64,000 nt of DNA from Alphaproteobacteria bacterium (GTDB lineage: Bacteria; Pseudomonadota; Alphaproteobacteria; CALKHQ01). Positions within the stretch are counted from its first letter, which is position 1; each line of letters opens with the position of its first letter. The stretch lies in assembly GCA_965227515.1 (NCBI GenBank), contig CBDDFZ010000001.1, positions 2,240,001-2,304,000 on the forward strand, given 5' to 3'. The position numbers and the translations under genes were made by a program. The notes under the pieces were generated by a model that saw only the letters and a program-made list of their open reading frames with translations, was not told where the DNA came from and ran no database searches. Shown in pieces: positions 52,950-63,033 of this stretch.

Positions 52950-54080
52950 TCACGCGCCCGGCCCCGCGTCGGGCCCGCCGCCGCCTGAGACTTCCTCCAC
53001 CGGCCGGCCGTCGCGCATGCGCTGGGTGCCCTCCACCACGATCCGGTCGCCTTCGGCCAATGGCCCGGTGACCACGACCCGTCCGTCAGTGCGCTCGACC
53101 AGGGTCACCGGCACCTGTTCGGCCCGGCCGTCGACGACGCGCCAGACGAAGGCGCCGTCGCGGCCCCACTGCACTGCCATCTCGGCGACGCTGGGGTGCA
53201 GGGTCTCGGGGAACGACAGCGCGACGGAGAACGAGAGCCCGGCGCGCAGCCGGTCCTCGGTATTGGAAATGGTGGCCTGCACCGGCAGCGTGCGTGTCTC
53301 CTGGTCCAGCCGACTGTCCAGCGCGGAGATGCGGCCCTCGAACACCTCGCCGGGCAGCGCCGGCGTGCTGGCGGCGATCTGCTGGTTCAGGCGTACCTGC
53401 GCGGCGTAGCGCTCGGGCACCTCGAAGTCGATCAGCAGCGACGACCGGTCGTCGATGGTGGCGATTGGCGTCGTGGTGGTGACGCGGTCGCCTTCCTCGA
53501 CCTCGGTCAGGCCCATGTAGCCGGTGAACGGCGCGATGACAGTACGCTGCTCCAGCGCCAGTTCGGCGGCGGCATAGCGGTTGCGGGCCTCGGCCAGGGC
53601 GGCGCGGGCGGTCTGCAAGGCGCTGGCGGACACGGCACCGGAGGGGGCGAGGCGCTCGTTGCGCGCCACCGTACGCTCCTGCTCCTCCATCTGGATGCGG
53701 GCCAGCTCCAGCGCCAGTTCCTCTTCGTCGGCGTCGAGTGCAAGCAGCGGGTCGCCGGCCTGGACCTGTTCTCCGGCCGTGAACAGCACGATGGCGACCT
53801 CGCCCGCCGATGCCGGATAGAGCACCACCGAGCGTGCCGCTTCGGCGGTGCCGATGGCGCGGAGCGTGTTGCCGGTCGCCGCCATGGTCACCGCTTCGGT
53901 CACCACCGGGGCGCCGCCACCGCCAGGACCTCCACCCGGACCTCCACCCGGACTTCCACCGGGCCTGCCGCCGCCGGCACCCTCGGTATCCTGCGCGGCG
54001 TCGGACGACCATAGCCACCAGCCGCCGGCGGCCACCACCGCCAGCGCCAACACCACCAGAACCTGACGCAGCCAGGACAT
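52950..54080 (-). CDS. RND periplasmic adaptor (membrane fusion protein)
   Basis: N-terminal TM, lipoyl-like half motifs, IAPFTG, TRTL, GDRIVVEG. Confidence 0.92.
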   Translation of the reverse strand: MSWLRQVLVVLALAVVAAGGWWLWSSDAAQDTEGAGGGRPGGSPGGGPGGGPGGGGAPVVTEAVTMAATGNTLRAIGTAEAARSVVLYPASAGEVAIVLFTAGEQVQAGDPLLALDADEEELALELARIQMEEQERTVARNERLAPSGAVSASALQTARAALAEARNRYAAAELALEQRTVIAPFTGYMGLTEVEEGDRVTTTTPIATIDDRSSLLIDFEVPERYAAQVRLNQQIAASTPALPGEVFEGRISALDSRLDQETRTLPVQATISNTEDRLRAGLSFSVALSFPETLHPSVAEMAVQWGRDGAFVWRVVDGRAEQVPVTLVERTDGRVVVTGPLAEGDRIVVEGTQRMRDGRPVEEVSGGGGPDAGPGA

Positions 54081-54196
54081 ACCTTGTGATCCTCGCGTTG
54101 ACGATGTCGAGCCGCACCGCCCAGACGCACTTTGACAATAGCGTTGCCGGTCGTGGTGGCGAGACCAATTCTGCGTTACTTAGCGCACGGTCGTCC

Positions 54197-54310
54197 AAGT
54201 CTGCACCGGCCCTCTCCCCCACCCGGCCGCCCAACGACAGTATGATGGCTGGGTGGCCGGGTGGGGGAGAGGGCCGGTGCAGACTTCAGCGCAAGCTGAT
54301 ACTAGTCTAG
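54197..54310. repeat. Palindromic repeat family A, best-preserved copy
   Basis: AAGTCTGCACCGGCCCTCTCCCCCACCCGGCC...GGCCGGGTGGGGGAGAGGGCCGGTGCAGACTT, then CAGCGCAAGCTG hairpin and CTAG. Confidence 0.88.
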
Positions 54311-54462
54311 AATAATTCTATGCCGGATTGAGTCCGAAACACGGCGGCGCGTCCATTGGCGCTCTGGCGCATGGCCGCGTCCCGGCCTATATACCGCACC
54401 CTTGAGCGAACATTCGCGCGCGCCTCTGCGGTGCTGCGCCTGGATATCGACAGGAGAGGCCG

Positions 54463-55576
54463 TTGCGCGCCGAAACCGCCGCCATCGCGGACGAAATCAA
54501 GCAGTCGCTGGAGCTGCTGAGGAGGCATCTTTGACCCGGATGCCGCCGAATCCCGCCTCGCCGAGCTGAACGCCGAGGCCGAAGACCCGGACATCTGGAA
54601 CGACCAGGAACGTGCCCAGCACGTGATGCAGGAACGCACATCGCTGGAAAAGTCGCTTACGGCTTTCCGCGAGGCCGAACAGGCGCTGGCCGACAACCTG
54701 GAACTGATCGAGATGGGCGAGGCCGAGGGCGACGCCGACGTGGTCGCCGAGGCGGAGGTTCAGCTCGGCACGCTGGCCAAGGAAATGGCCAAGCGTCAGC
54801 TCGAAACCCTGCTCTCCGGCGAGGCGGACAAGAACGACTGCTACCTGGAAATCCACGCCGGTGCCGGCGGCACCGAGGCGCAGAACTGGGCCGAGATGCT
54901 GGTCCGTCTCTACAGCCGCTGGGCGGAGGCGAAGGGCTACAAGACCGAGTTCCTGGAAGAGAGCGCCGGCGAAGAGGCCGGCATCAAGTCCTCGACCCTG
55001 AAGGTCTCCGGCCACAATGCGTATGGCTGGCTGAAGACCGAGAGCGGCGTGCACCGGCTGGTCCGCATCTCGCCGTTCGACAGCGCCGCGCGCCGCCACA
55101 CCAGCTTCGCCAGCGTGTGGGTCTATCCGGTGGTCGACGATGCGATCGAGATCGAGATCGAGGACAAGGACCTGCGCATCGACACCTATCGGGCGTCGGG
55201 CGCCGGCGGCCAGCACGTCAACAAGACCGACAGTGCGATCCGCATCACCCACCTGCCGACCAACATCGTGGTGCAGTGCCAGAACGACCGCTCGCAGCAC
55301 CGCAACCGCGCCAATGCGTTCGCCATGCTGCGCGCCCGCCTCTACGAGCGCGAGCTGCAACTGCGCGAGGAAGAGGCGAATGCCGCCAATGCCGCAAAGA
55401 CCGATATCGGCTGGGGCAACCAGATCCGCTCCTACGTCATGCAGCCGTATCAGCTGGTGAAGGACCTGCGGACGGGTGTGGAGATCGGCAACGTGCAGGC
55501 GGTGCTGGACGGCGCCATCGACCCGTTCCTTGAAGCAAGCCTCGCCGGGCATGTGGGTGAGGGCGCGGAGGCGTAG
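54463..55576 (+). CDS. prfB: Peptide chain release factor 2, programmed +1 frameshift
   Basis: TTG start, MRAETAAIADEIKQSLELLRRHL; AGGAGG (54520-54525) then CTT TGA C (54529-54535); SPF and GGQ in the +1 frame. Confidence 0.97.
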
Positions 55577-55582
55577 CACGCC

Positions 55583-56383
55583 TTGCTGGAGGTCGTCGCC
55601 GGCACCTGGATGGCGGTTGAGCGGGTCGCGCGGAATGGCCAGGACCCCACCGTCTGGGATGCGACGCCAGCCTTCGTGACCGAAGTTGCGCCTCTAGGGA
55701 CCGGGCAGGGCATCTTGCGCCTGGGCTTCGTGGCGGCGCTGCACCCGATGGCGCCGGCCCGACAACAACTCGATCTGAAAGTATTCGCGCGCACCCCCGA
55801 TTGCCTGGTTGGCAGTCGTGCGGCCGGCGACGATGCCGGCGCGGTCCACCTGATCGCCCCTGTTTCTTTCGGGTGGATGCGCCACCGTTGCGCCGGGTTA
55901 TGGCGGGCGTTCCCCGCCGACAAGACATCGGGCTGGCGCGCCGAGAACTGGGGTCGGCCGTTCGACACGGTGACCGCCTATCTGGAGGCTCTGTTCGGCG
56001 CCAATGAGGGCGACATCCTCACGCGCACGACCGCGGACAGCTTCGGCTGCGCGAAGCTGGCGATGCCGGACCAACAGTCGCGTATCCGCATCGACCGCAC
56101 ATATGACGCCTTCGAGTCCTACTTGATCCAACGCGGTGCCGTGCCTCGGCAAATGGAAGACAAGTGGTTCATCTATCTCGAGGACGGCCACCTTCTGATC
56201 CGGCGGAGTTGGACCGGCAACCTGATCTACGCCGTCGAAGCGGCGTGGCGCGGCGACCGTCTGCACCTGGCGGCGGCAACCGTCAACCGCGACCCGGAGA
56301 AGTACAAGTCGACCGACGACGCCCATGACCGGAGGATGCTGCTACACCTGATCGATGGCTTGCTGCTTCAGAGGCGCAGTTAG
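55583..56383 (+). CDS. Hypothetical protein with C-terminal MEDKWF...RSWTG domain (start uncertain)
   Basis: Motif PRQMEDKWFIYLEDGHLLIRRSWTG. Confidence 0.6.
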   Translation: MLEVVAGTWMAVERVARNGQDPTVWDATPAFVTEVAPLGTGQGILRLGFVAALHPMAPARQQLDLKVFARTPDCLVGSRAAGDDAGAVHLIAPVSFGWMRHRCAGLWRAFPADKTSGWRAENWGRPFDTVTAYLEALFGANEGDILTRTTADSFGCAKLAMPDQQSRIRIDRTYDAFESYLIQRGAVPRQMEDKWFIYLEDGHLLIRRSWTGNLIYAVEAAWRGDRLHLAAATVNRDPEKYKSTDDAHDRRMLLHLIDGLLLQRRS

Positions 56384-56658
56384 ACGCCCAAAGGCGAAAA
56401 AATTCTCTCATTCGTGCGAAATGCAACCAATAGTCGTGGATAAGGCGTACAAATGCATGTTATGGTCATTTTGAGCCAAGGTTGAAGCAAATTGAAAAAG
56501 GGGTGTGACAGGTGTTTGGCATGATTTCTGCCGGGTTCGCGGCCATGTTCCCGGGAAAGCTGGCAAGAAAGATAAAATTGGACAGTAATTTTACTATTGA
56601 ATGTCGGATCAAAAAGAACATCAAAAATATTTATATGTTTGTTGGTCATGAACGGAAT

Positions 56659-57030
56659 ATGCAGGCATACAGGATTGATAAATCGTCATTGCCGCAACTA
56701 TTGGAACATCTTCGGACGTTGGCGAACATGCAGGCTCTTGATCCCGACAGTGAGTCGGCCGAGCCTGAGGCGTTGCGCATTGAGGGTGCGAGCGTCCACG
56801 TGATGCAGCGGGGCGTCAAGAAGGAGGGCGACCGGGCGCCTCGCAACGTGGTTCAACTGGGCTTGGCATCGGACATTACGGTGTACGCGCTGGTCAGTCC
56901 CGTCGACCGCGTCGCTTTCACCTGGCTCATCAATGGCGTGGATAAGAGCTCGATGATGGAGGTTGCGGACGGCAAGTTCGCGGAATTGCACGACGCTTTT
57001 TCCAGCGCGCTGGAATGGATCAACGCGTAA
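56659..57030 (+). CDS. Hypothetical protein behind an AT-rich leader region (start uncertain)
   Basis: Open frame 56512-57030; protein-like composition from about 56659. Confidence 0.5.
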   Translation: MQAYRIDKSSLPQLLEHLRTLANMQALDPDSESAEPEALRIEGASVHVMQRGVKKEGDRAPRNVVQLGLASDITVYALVSPVDRVAFTWLINGVDKSSMMEVADGKFAELHDAFSSALEWINA

Positions 57031-57126
57031 CCAAGGTTCTTGTCGGCGGCCGTTAGTACTGAGTGCAGCTTGAGGTGCAGCAATTCGCCCCTCCCGCGTT
57101 TGGCCCGCGCGGTGCATATCTGTGCC

Positions 57127-57340
57127 ATGCCCAGCAGCCACGAAATCACCATCACCGGGTCGCCCGACGACATTGACGAGCTCGGCCACGTCAACAACGC
57201 GGTCTGGGTGAAGTGGATCCAGCACGTCGCGGTGGAGCACTGGCGCGCGGCGCGCGTTTCGACCGGCTGACCGAGTTCACCGGAGCCGACGGCAAGGTGA
57301 GGGTGGCCGCACGCACCACCTAGCGCTGATCGACTGCGCC
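57127..57340 (+). pseudogene. Decayed duplicate of the acyl-CoA thioesterase gene
   Basis: Near identical to 58344 onward, with a 127-bp deletion at CGCGCGG microhomology and TGG to TAG change. Confidence 0.9.
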
Positions 57341-57432
57341 GACGGCGTGGTCCAGCCTAAGATCTAGCCGTACTGAGCGACGACGCTTTTGTCCTGCCAT
57401 TGAGAGGCTGATATGTCGGCCGCGCGATTGAT

Positions 57433-58140
57433 TTAGTCGTCCGACCAATTGGGATTAGGCATGTATCCGTATCGAATAACCAGTACAGATGCGTCTTCGG
57501 GCGCACCAAGGACTTTGTGAACATAACTGTGGGCAAATGTTCCGGGCGCCCCCCATTCAACGGTGCCATACACATCGCTTTCAATCATCTCGAGCACGCT
57601 GTCCCTTTCGGGACCTGGCTCGGCCACTCTGTCCTCCAGGTCACCCGGAATCCAAACGACCGTGAACGTTCTCTCGTCCGAATAGCGCCAAACGTAGGCC
57701 GCCAGGGCATCCTGCGCATACATATCTGCCAGCAACGCTTCTTCCAGCTCCGGAATGATCGGCACGAAGTAGTTTGGTCTGGCCTCCGCCCCATAATATC
57801 CGAACAATTCTCGAACGAGTACGCCGTTTGTCACCGAATGCGGGCCACGTATTCCTGCGTCTTCATCGACTGCACTCATAAATATCTCCGGAAAATAGCT
57901 GCCATTTTGTTGTGTTTTTTGTTCTACGTATATGTATTTTTCCTCTGGGTCAAAAAATATTGCAAACAAGGCCGTTGCAGCTAAAAAAATACAGATAACA
58001 AGAAATATTCTTTTGATCGATTTGGCACTGAACTTTCGTTCGAGTTGAGTTCGGGTAGATTGCGCCTCGGAAAATCGGTTGGACAAGATATTTCCTCTCT
58101 CGAATATTGGCTTCCGACAGCCGCGCGACCGTTGCGACAT
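57433..58140 (-). CDS. AT-richer hypothetical membrane-anchored protein (start uncertain)
   Basis: KRIFLVICIFLAATALFAIFF TM segment followed by a soluble domain; atypical codon usage. Confidence 0.65.
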   Translation of the reverse strand: MSQRSRGCRKPIFERGNILSNRFSEAQSTRTQLERKFSAKSIKRIFLVICIFLAATALFAIFFDPEEKYIYVEQKTQQNGSYFPEIFMSAVDEDAGIRGPHSVTNGVLVRELFGYYGAEARPNYFVPIIPELEEALLADMYAQDALAAYVWRYSDERTFTVVWIPGDLEDRVAEPGPERDSVLEMIESDVYGTVEWGAPGTFAHSYVHKVLGAPEDASVLVIRYGYMPNPNWSDD

Positions 58141-58343
58141 TCAATGCCAGGCGGCCATTTGACGGCCATCTTTGCACAATTACCGCAACCTTGCCTACAC
58201 AATCCGAAACCGTGGCCGAGCCTCTTGGAGGCGACGAGGTTTTGGAGGAATTGGCACAAGTGTCGTTGAAGCGTGGGCCACACAAGCCCAGGTGCAACAA
58301 TTCGCCCCTCCCGCGTTTGGCCCGCGCGGTGCATATCTGCGCC

Positions 58344-58766
58344 ATGCCCAGCAGCCACCAGATCACCATCACCGCGTCGCCCGACGACATTGACGAGCTT
58401 GGCCACGTCAATAACGCGGTCTGGGTGAAGTGGATCCAGGATGTCGCGGTGGAGCACTGGCGCGCGGTGGCGGCGCCGGAGCACATCGACGCCTACATCT
58501 GGGTCGTCACCCGGCACGAGATCGACTATCGCGGCAATGTGCGGGAAGGCGAGGCGGTGACGGCGCGGACCTGGGTCGGCGACAAGCCGCGCGGCGCGCG
58601 TTTCGACCGGCTGACCGAGTTTACCGGCGCCGACGGCAAGGTGAAGGTGGCCGCGCGCACCACCTGGGCGATCATCGACTGCGCCACGCGCCGCATCGTG
58701 CGCGTGCCGGAAGCGGTGGCCGCGCCGTTCATCTCGGACCAAGCGGAAGGAGGCGAGGGCGATTAG
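58344..58766 (+). CDS. Acyl-CoA thioesterase (4HBT/YbgC hotdog family)
   Basis: DIDELGHVNNAVW, WVVTRHEIDY. Confidence 0.9.
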   Translation: MPSSHQITITASPDDIDELGHVNNAVWVKWIQDVAVEHWRAVAAPEHIDAYIWVVTRHEIDYRGNVREGEAVTARTWVGDKPRGARFDRLTEFTGADGKVKVAARTTWAIIDCATRRIVRVPEAVAAPFISDQAEGGEGD

Positions 58767-59499
58767 CCTGCAGTCGTTCGGACCCGATCTCAATGTTGCC
58801 GTGGTCGGCGCCTCGGGCGGGATCGGCGCCGCCTTCTGCGAGCACCTGCAGGGTAGCGATGCCGTGGCGCGGCTGTTCCGGCTGTCGCGCGCGCCTGCCG
58901 GCCAGGAGGACGACTGGCTGCCGCTCGACCTCGCCGACGAGGCCGCCATTGCCGCCGCCGCCAAGACCATCCGCGACGAGGTCGGCAGCCTTCATCTGGT
59001 GATCGTCGCGACCGGCATCCTCCACGACCGCGACGCCATACAGCCGGAGAAGACCTGGCGCGCGCTTGACGGCCCGGTCCTGGAAAAAGTGTTCCGCATC
59101 AACGCTATCGGCCCGGCGTTGGTGGCCAAGCACTTCCTGCCGCTGCTGGCCAGGGACCGCAAGTCCGCGTTCGCCGCGCTCTCGGCCCGGGTCGGCAGCA
59201 TCTCGGACAACGGGCTCGGCGGCTGGTACGCCTATCGCTCGTCCAAGGCGGCGCTCAACATGATGGTGAGGACCTTTGCCATCGAGCTTGCGCGCAAGAA
59301 CGGCCATGCGATCTGCGTGGCGCTGCACCCCGGCACCGTGGAGACGGGTCTGTCGGCGCCGTTCCGGAGCAACGTGCCGGGCGACAAGCTGTTCAGCCCT
59401 GAGCGGTCGGCCGGCTACCTGCTGGATGTCCTCGACGGTCTGGACGCGGACGACAGCGGCGGGCTCTTCGCCTGGGACGGTGCCGAGATCCCGTTCTGA
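58762..59499 (+). CDS. Short-chain dehydrogenase, C-factor/CsgA-like; start probably upstream of the GTG at 58801
   Basis: NVAVVGASGGIG, SARVGSISDN.LGGWYAYRSSKAALN, LHPGTVET. Confidence 0.88.
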   Translation: MSLQSFGPDLNVAVVGASGGIGAAFCEHLQGSDAVARLFRLSRAPAGQEDDWLPLDLADEAAIAAAAKTIRDEVGSLHLVIVATGILHDRDAIQPEKTWRALDGPVLEKVFRINAIGPALVAKHFLPLLARDRKSAFAALSARVGSISDNGLGGWYAYRSSKAALNMMVRTFAIELARKNGHAICVALHPGTVETGLSAPFRSNVPGDKLFSPERSAGYLLDVLDGLDADDSGGLFAWDGAEIPF

Positions 59500-59513
59500 T
59501 TGCTCGCGGCGGC

Positions 59514-60725
59514 CTAGATCCACATGATCTGGTCGGCAAACAACAGCCGCTCGACCTCGAGCAGTGTGTCGTAGCCTTCGCCGGTGGCGGTGCTGACGAT
59601 GACGTAGGTGTCGTGCTCGACTACGCTGTAGTAGGCGCGCGGCAGGTAGTAGAGCGCGCTGTCCAGCCCGTCGCCGCCGACCATGAAGTCGTCCCCATCG
59701 CCGCCGACAAGCAAGTCGTCGCCGTCTTCGCCGCGGATATAGTCGAGTTCGTCGCCGCCGTAGAGGTAGTCGTTGCCGCCTTGGCCGACGATCGTGTCCT
59801 GGCCGTCGCCACCGAACATTGAGTCCGTGTGCCGGCCGCCGATGATGAAGTCGCCGCCGCCGTCGCCGTAGAGGGTGTTGAACCCGTCGCCGCCATAGAT
59901 ACTGTCGGCCCCCGCGCCGCCGGAAATCGTGTCCGCGCCAACGCCGCCGAGCAGACGGTCCTCGCCGCCATTACCGTTGATGATGTCGTTGCCGCCATTG
60001 CCTTCCAGCCGGTCCCGGCCGTTGCCGCCGGAGATGAAGTCGTCGCCTGCGTTGCCGAAAATCGAGTCCGTGCCGCCATTGCCGAGCAGGGAATCGGCAC
60101 CGCCGCCGCCGTGAATGGTGTCCCAGCCGTCGCGACCATGGATGGTGTCGGCGCCGGCTTGGCCATAGAGCAGATCGTCGTCGATGCCGCCGTCGATCCG
60201 GTCGTCGCCCGCGTCGCCATAGACTGTGTCGTCGCCGGAGCCGGCATAGACGGTGTCGTGGTGCACGCTGCCATAGACCGTGTCGGCACCGCTGGAGGTG
60301 TTGACCGGCGGCGCGTTCCACGTGATGCCGCCAAACGACGGGCTGTCGATGGTGACCACGTCCTCATAGATGAACAGCACCTCCAGGAAGGTGGGTCCGC
60401 CGTCCAGATAGGCGTTCTGGATGCCGGCTGCGGTATAGCCCTCCCACACGTGCGCCAGAATATTGTCCTCGTCGAGGGGCGAGAAGATGCTGCCCACCCG
60501 GATGATATCGGTCACCACGCCCGAGGCATTGCCGTCCTCGTCGATGGTGATCGGGTCCTCGCCCAGGAACAGGGTGTAGGTGCCGTCGGTGTTCTGGTAG
60601 GCGAAGCCGTTGTAGAACGGTGAGAGGTCGCCGTACGCGATCGCGATCAGGTTCGCGGTCGGGTCGACCATGTCCTGCCACGGCTGGCGGAAGTAGCTTC
60701 CGCCGAAGATGTTGGTGTTGGCCAT
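59514..60725 (-). CDS. RTX-type calcium-binding repeat protein
   Basis: Many GGxGxDxLx nonapeptides; C-terminal DTLLEVERLLFAD typical of type I secretion substrates. Confidence 0.9.
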   Translation of the reverse strand: MANTNIFGGSYFRQPWQDMVDPTANLIAIAYGDLSPFYNGFAYQNTDGTYTLFLGEDPITIDEDGNASGVVTDIIRVGSIFSPLDEDNILAHVWEGYTAAGIQNAYLDGGPTFLEVLFIYEDVVTIDSPSFGGITWNAPPVNTSSGADTVYGSVHHDTVYAGSGDDTVYGDAGDDRIDGGIDDDLLYGQAGADTIHGRDGWDTIHGGGGADSLLGNGGTDSIFGNAGDDFISGGNGRDRLEGNGGNDIINGNGGEDRLLGGVGADTISGGAGADSIYGGDGFNTLYGDGGGDFIIGGRHTDSMFGGDGQDTIVGQGGNDYLYGGDELDYIRGEDGDDLLVGGDGDDFMVGGDGLDSALYYLPRAYYSVVEHDTYVIVSTATGEGYDTLLEVERLLFADQIMWI

Positions 60726-60829
60726 CGTCCGGTCTCCTCCGCTGGAGGGTCCCCCACAACGATGGGTCGCGGCGCGATGGCGCGAGGTTCACGCTTGAGG
60801 CGAAAATTGGGCGGCCGACGCGCCCGCCT

Positions 60830-61729
60830 TTATGCGTGCATCTTGCTGTGGGCCTTGGCCTCGACCAGAAGCCAGTCGCGCACCTGCCGCACCGCGCGGG
60901 ACAGCGACGGCGTGTCCGGCGTCAGCAAATAATATTGGTCGCGCGCGGGCAGGGTGGGGCCGGGCAGGCGTACGAGCGACCCGTCGGCCAGGTGATGGCC
61001 GCTGATGGCGTTGTCGCCCATGGCGATGCCGAGGCCGCGCACGGCAGCGTCCATGCACAGATAGGTCCGGTTGAAGAACAGGTGGTCCGTCGCGGCGTCG
61101 AACGACAGGTCGCTGGCCTCGAAATAGCTGCGCCACCAATAGATGCCGCGGTCATGGATCAGCCGGTGGCTGGTCAACACCTTCGGGTCGTCGGGTCCGG
61201 GGCCGCGTTCCAGCAGCAAAGGTGCCGCAACCGGAAATGCCTCCAGCGGCAAGAACGGCTCGGCGCGATAGCCGATGCAGGCGACCTCGCTCCAGGTCAG
61301 TGCCAGGTCGGCGTCGCCCAGCACGGCGCGCGGCGGCTCCGGCCGCACCCGTACGTCCAGATGCACGTTGAGCGCGCGCAAGGCATCGTCGGTCAGGCGC
61401 GGCATCAGCCACAGCATGGCCAGGTCGGTGTCGACGTCCAGGGTCACCGTGTTGCGCCCGCCGCCGCGTCGCAACCGCCCGGTGCCGATCTCCAGGCTCG
61501 AGAGCGCGTTGGCGGCGGTGCGCGCGAACAGGCTGCCCTCGCCGGTCAGCACGACATGGCGCGCGTGGCGCTCGAACAGCGCGACGCCCAGCTCGGCCTC
61601 CAGATTGCGCATGTGGCGGCTGACGGCGGCGTGGCTGACCCCCAGTTCGTCGGCCGCCCGCGCGAAGCTGCCATGGCGTGCGGCGGCGTCGAAGGCCCGG
61701 ATTGCGTTGAGGTTCGGCAGACTGCGCAT
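60830..61729 (-). CDS. LysR-family regulator (GcvA/AmpR-like)
   Basis: LPNLNAIRAFDAAARHGSFARAADELGVSHAAVSRHMRNLE. Confidence 0.93.
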   Translation of the reverse strand: MRSLPNLNAIRAFDAAARHGSFARAADELGVSHAAVSRHMRNLEAELGVALFERHARHVVLTGEGSLFARTAANALSSLEIGTGRLRRGGGRNTVTLDVDTDLAMLWLMPRLTDDALRALNVHLDVRVRPEPPRAVLGDADLALTWSEVACIGYRAEPFLPLEAFPVAAPLLLERGPGPDDPKVLTSHRLIHDRGIYWWRSYFEASDLSFDAATDHLFFNRTYLCMDAAVRGLGIAMGDNAISGHHLADGSLVRLPGPTLPARDQYYLLTPDTPSLSRAVRQVRDWLLVEAKAHSKMHA

Positions 61730-61850
61730 ATTGTGAGTGTAAGAAAAACTGACCCTTGGGTCAAAAAACGTCGTTTGAGCGACAGGTGAGAGATCGCATA
61801 TCCAGGGGCTCCAACCCTTCCTCCCTAACCGATGCCCCATGGAGTGTTCG

Positions 61851-63020
61851 ATGACGCGCGCGGCGCAGACAGGCAATGGCGTGATCCGGGCCCAGATCGC
61901 CGGCGTGGCGATCTATGGGCTCGCCATGGGCGTGACCTATCCGTTGCTCGGCATAGAGCTGGCGGAGCGGGTTTCCGGCCTGATGAACGGCTTCAACATC
62001 GCCGCCACCGGCATCGGGTTGCTGCTGGGGGTGATGGTAGTACCGCCGGCGGCACGACGCTTCGGCGCCGGACGGGTCGCACTGGCCGGTGTCGTGGTGA
62101 TGGCGCTGTCGCTGGTGTGGCTTGCGTTGGTGCGCGATTTCTGGGCGCTGTTCGCCGCGCGGCTGATGCTCGGCTGCGGCGCCAACCTGTTGTTCGTGGT
62201 CGCCGAGGCGACGCTGAACACGTTCGCCCCGCCGGCGCGCCGTGGCCGGGTGATGGGCTTCTACGCCGCCTCGGTCGCGTTCGGGTTCGTGGTCGGGCCG
62301 TCGGTGGTTGCGGCGATGCCGGGCGCATCGGCCCTGTTGCTGGTGGGGTGCGCCGCGGTGACCGTGCTGGCGCTGCTGCCGATGGCGCGCATCCGGGGCG
62401 TCGTCGATCATGCCATCCGTCCGACCGCCGTCGGCCGCATCCTGCCGGCGATCGCCGCCCATCCATTCGCGTTCGGCTTCATGGTCGTCGGCGCGGCGGT
62501 CGACGCGGTCGCGATCAGCCTGTTGCCGGTGATCGCGGAGAAACAGGCGTTCTCGCTGGAAACCGGCGCCATCTTCGTCACCGTGTTCCACGCCGGCTTG
62601 TTGTGCGGCCAGCCGCTGATCGGCGCGGCTCTGGACCTGTACGGCCGGCGCCGGGTGATCCTGGGCTGCTGCCTGGTTTCAGGAGCGTGCACAGTGGCGC
62701 TGGCGTATGGCGGCAGTGTTGGCGCGGTGCCGACAGGCGCGCTGATGTTCGTCTGGGGTGCTGCCAATTTCGGGCTCTACACCGCCAGCCTGGCCCTGAT
62801 CGGCGACCGGTTCCGCGCCGAGATGCTGACCGCTGCCAGTGCCGCGTTTGCCGCGGTCTATGCGGTGGCGTCGACGCTGGCCCCGGTCATGGTCGGTGGC
62901 ATGCTCGACGGGGTCGGTGCCGAGGGCTTCTACGCCGTCGCCGCCGGGATCTACCTGATCTCCCTGCTGGCGGGTGCGGCACTGTTCCGGCCGATGGAAC
63001 CGACCCTGGTACGGCGCTGA
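61851..63020 (+). CDS. MFS transporter
   Basis: About 12 hydrophobic segments, RRGRVMGFY, DLYGRR; divergent from the LysR gene. Confidence 0.88.
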   Translation: MTRAAQTGNGVIRAQIAGVAIYGLAMGVTYPLLGIELAERVSGLMNGFNIAATGIGLLLGVMVVPPAARRFGAGRVALAGVVVMALSLVWLALVRDFWALFAARLMLGCGANLLFVVAEATLNTFAPPARRGRVMGFYAASVAFGFVVGPSVVAAMPGASALLLVGCAAVTVLALLPMARIRGVVDHAIRPTAVGRILPAIAAHPFAFGFMVVGAAVDAVAISLLPVIAEKQAFSLETGAIFVTVFHAGLLCGQPLIGAALDLYGRRRVILGCCLVSGACTVALAYGGSVGAVPTGALMFVWGAANFGLYTASLALIGDRFRAEMLTAASAAFAAVYAVASTLAPVMVGGMLDGVGAEGFYAVAAGIYLISLLAGAALFRPMEPTLVRR

Positions 63021-63033
63021 TGCCTGCCCAGGC

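Noticed and set aside
53921-53976. 12-bp repeats in the RND adaptor gene
   Set aside because: Encode an ordinary GGGP linker common in membrane fusion proteins.
59700-60300. Periodic DNA repeats
   Set aside because: Explained by RTX nonapeptide coding.
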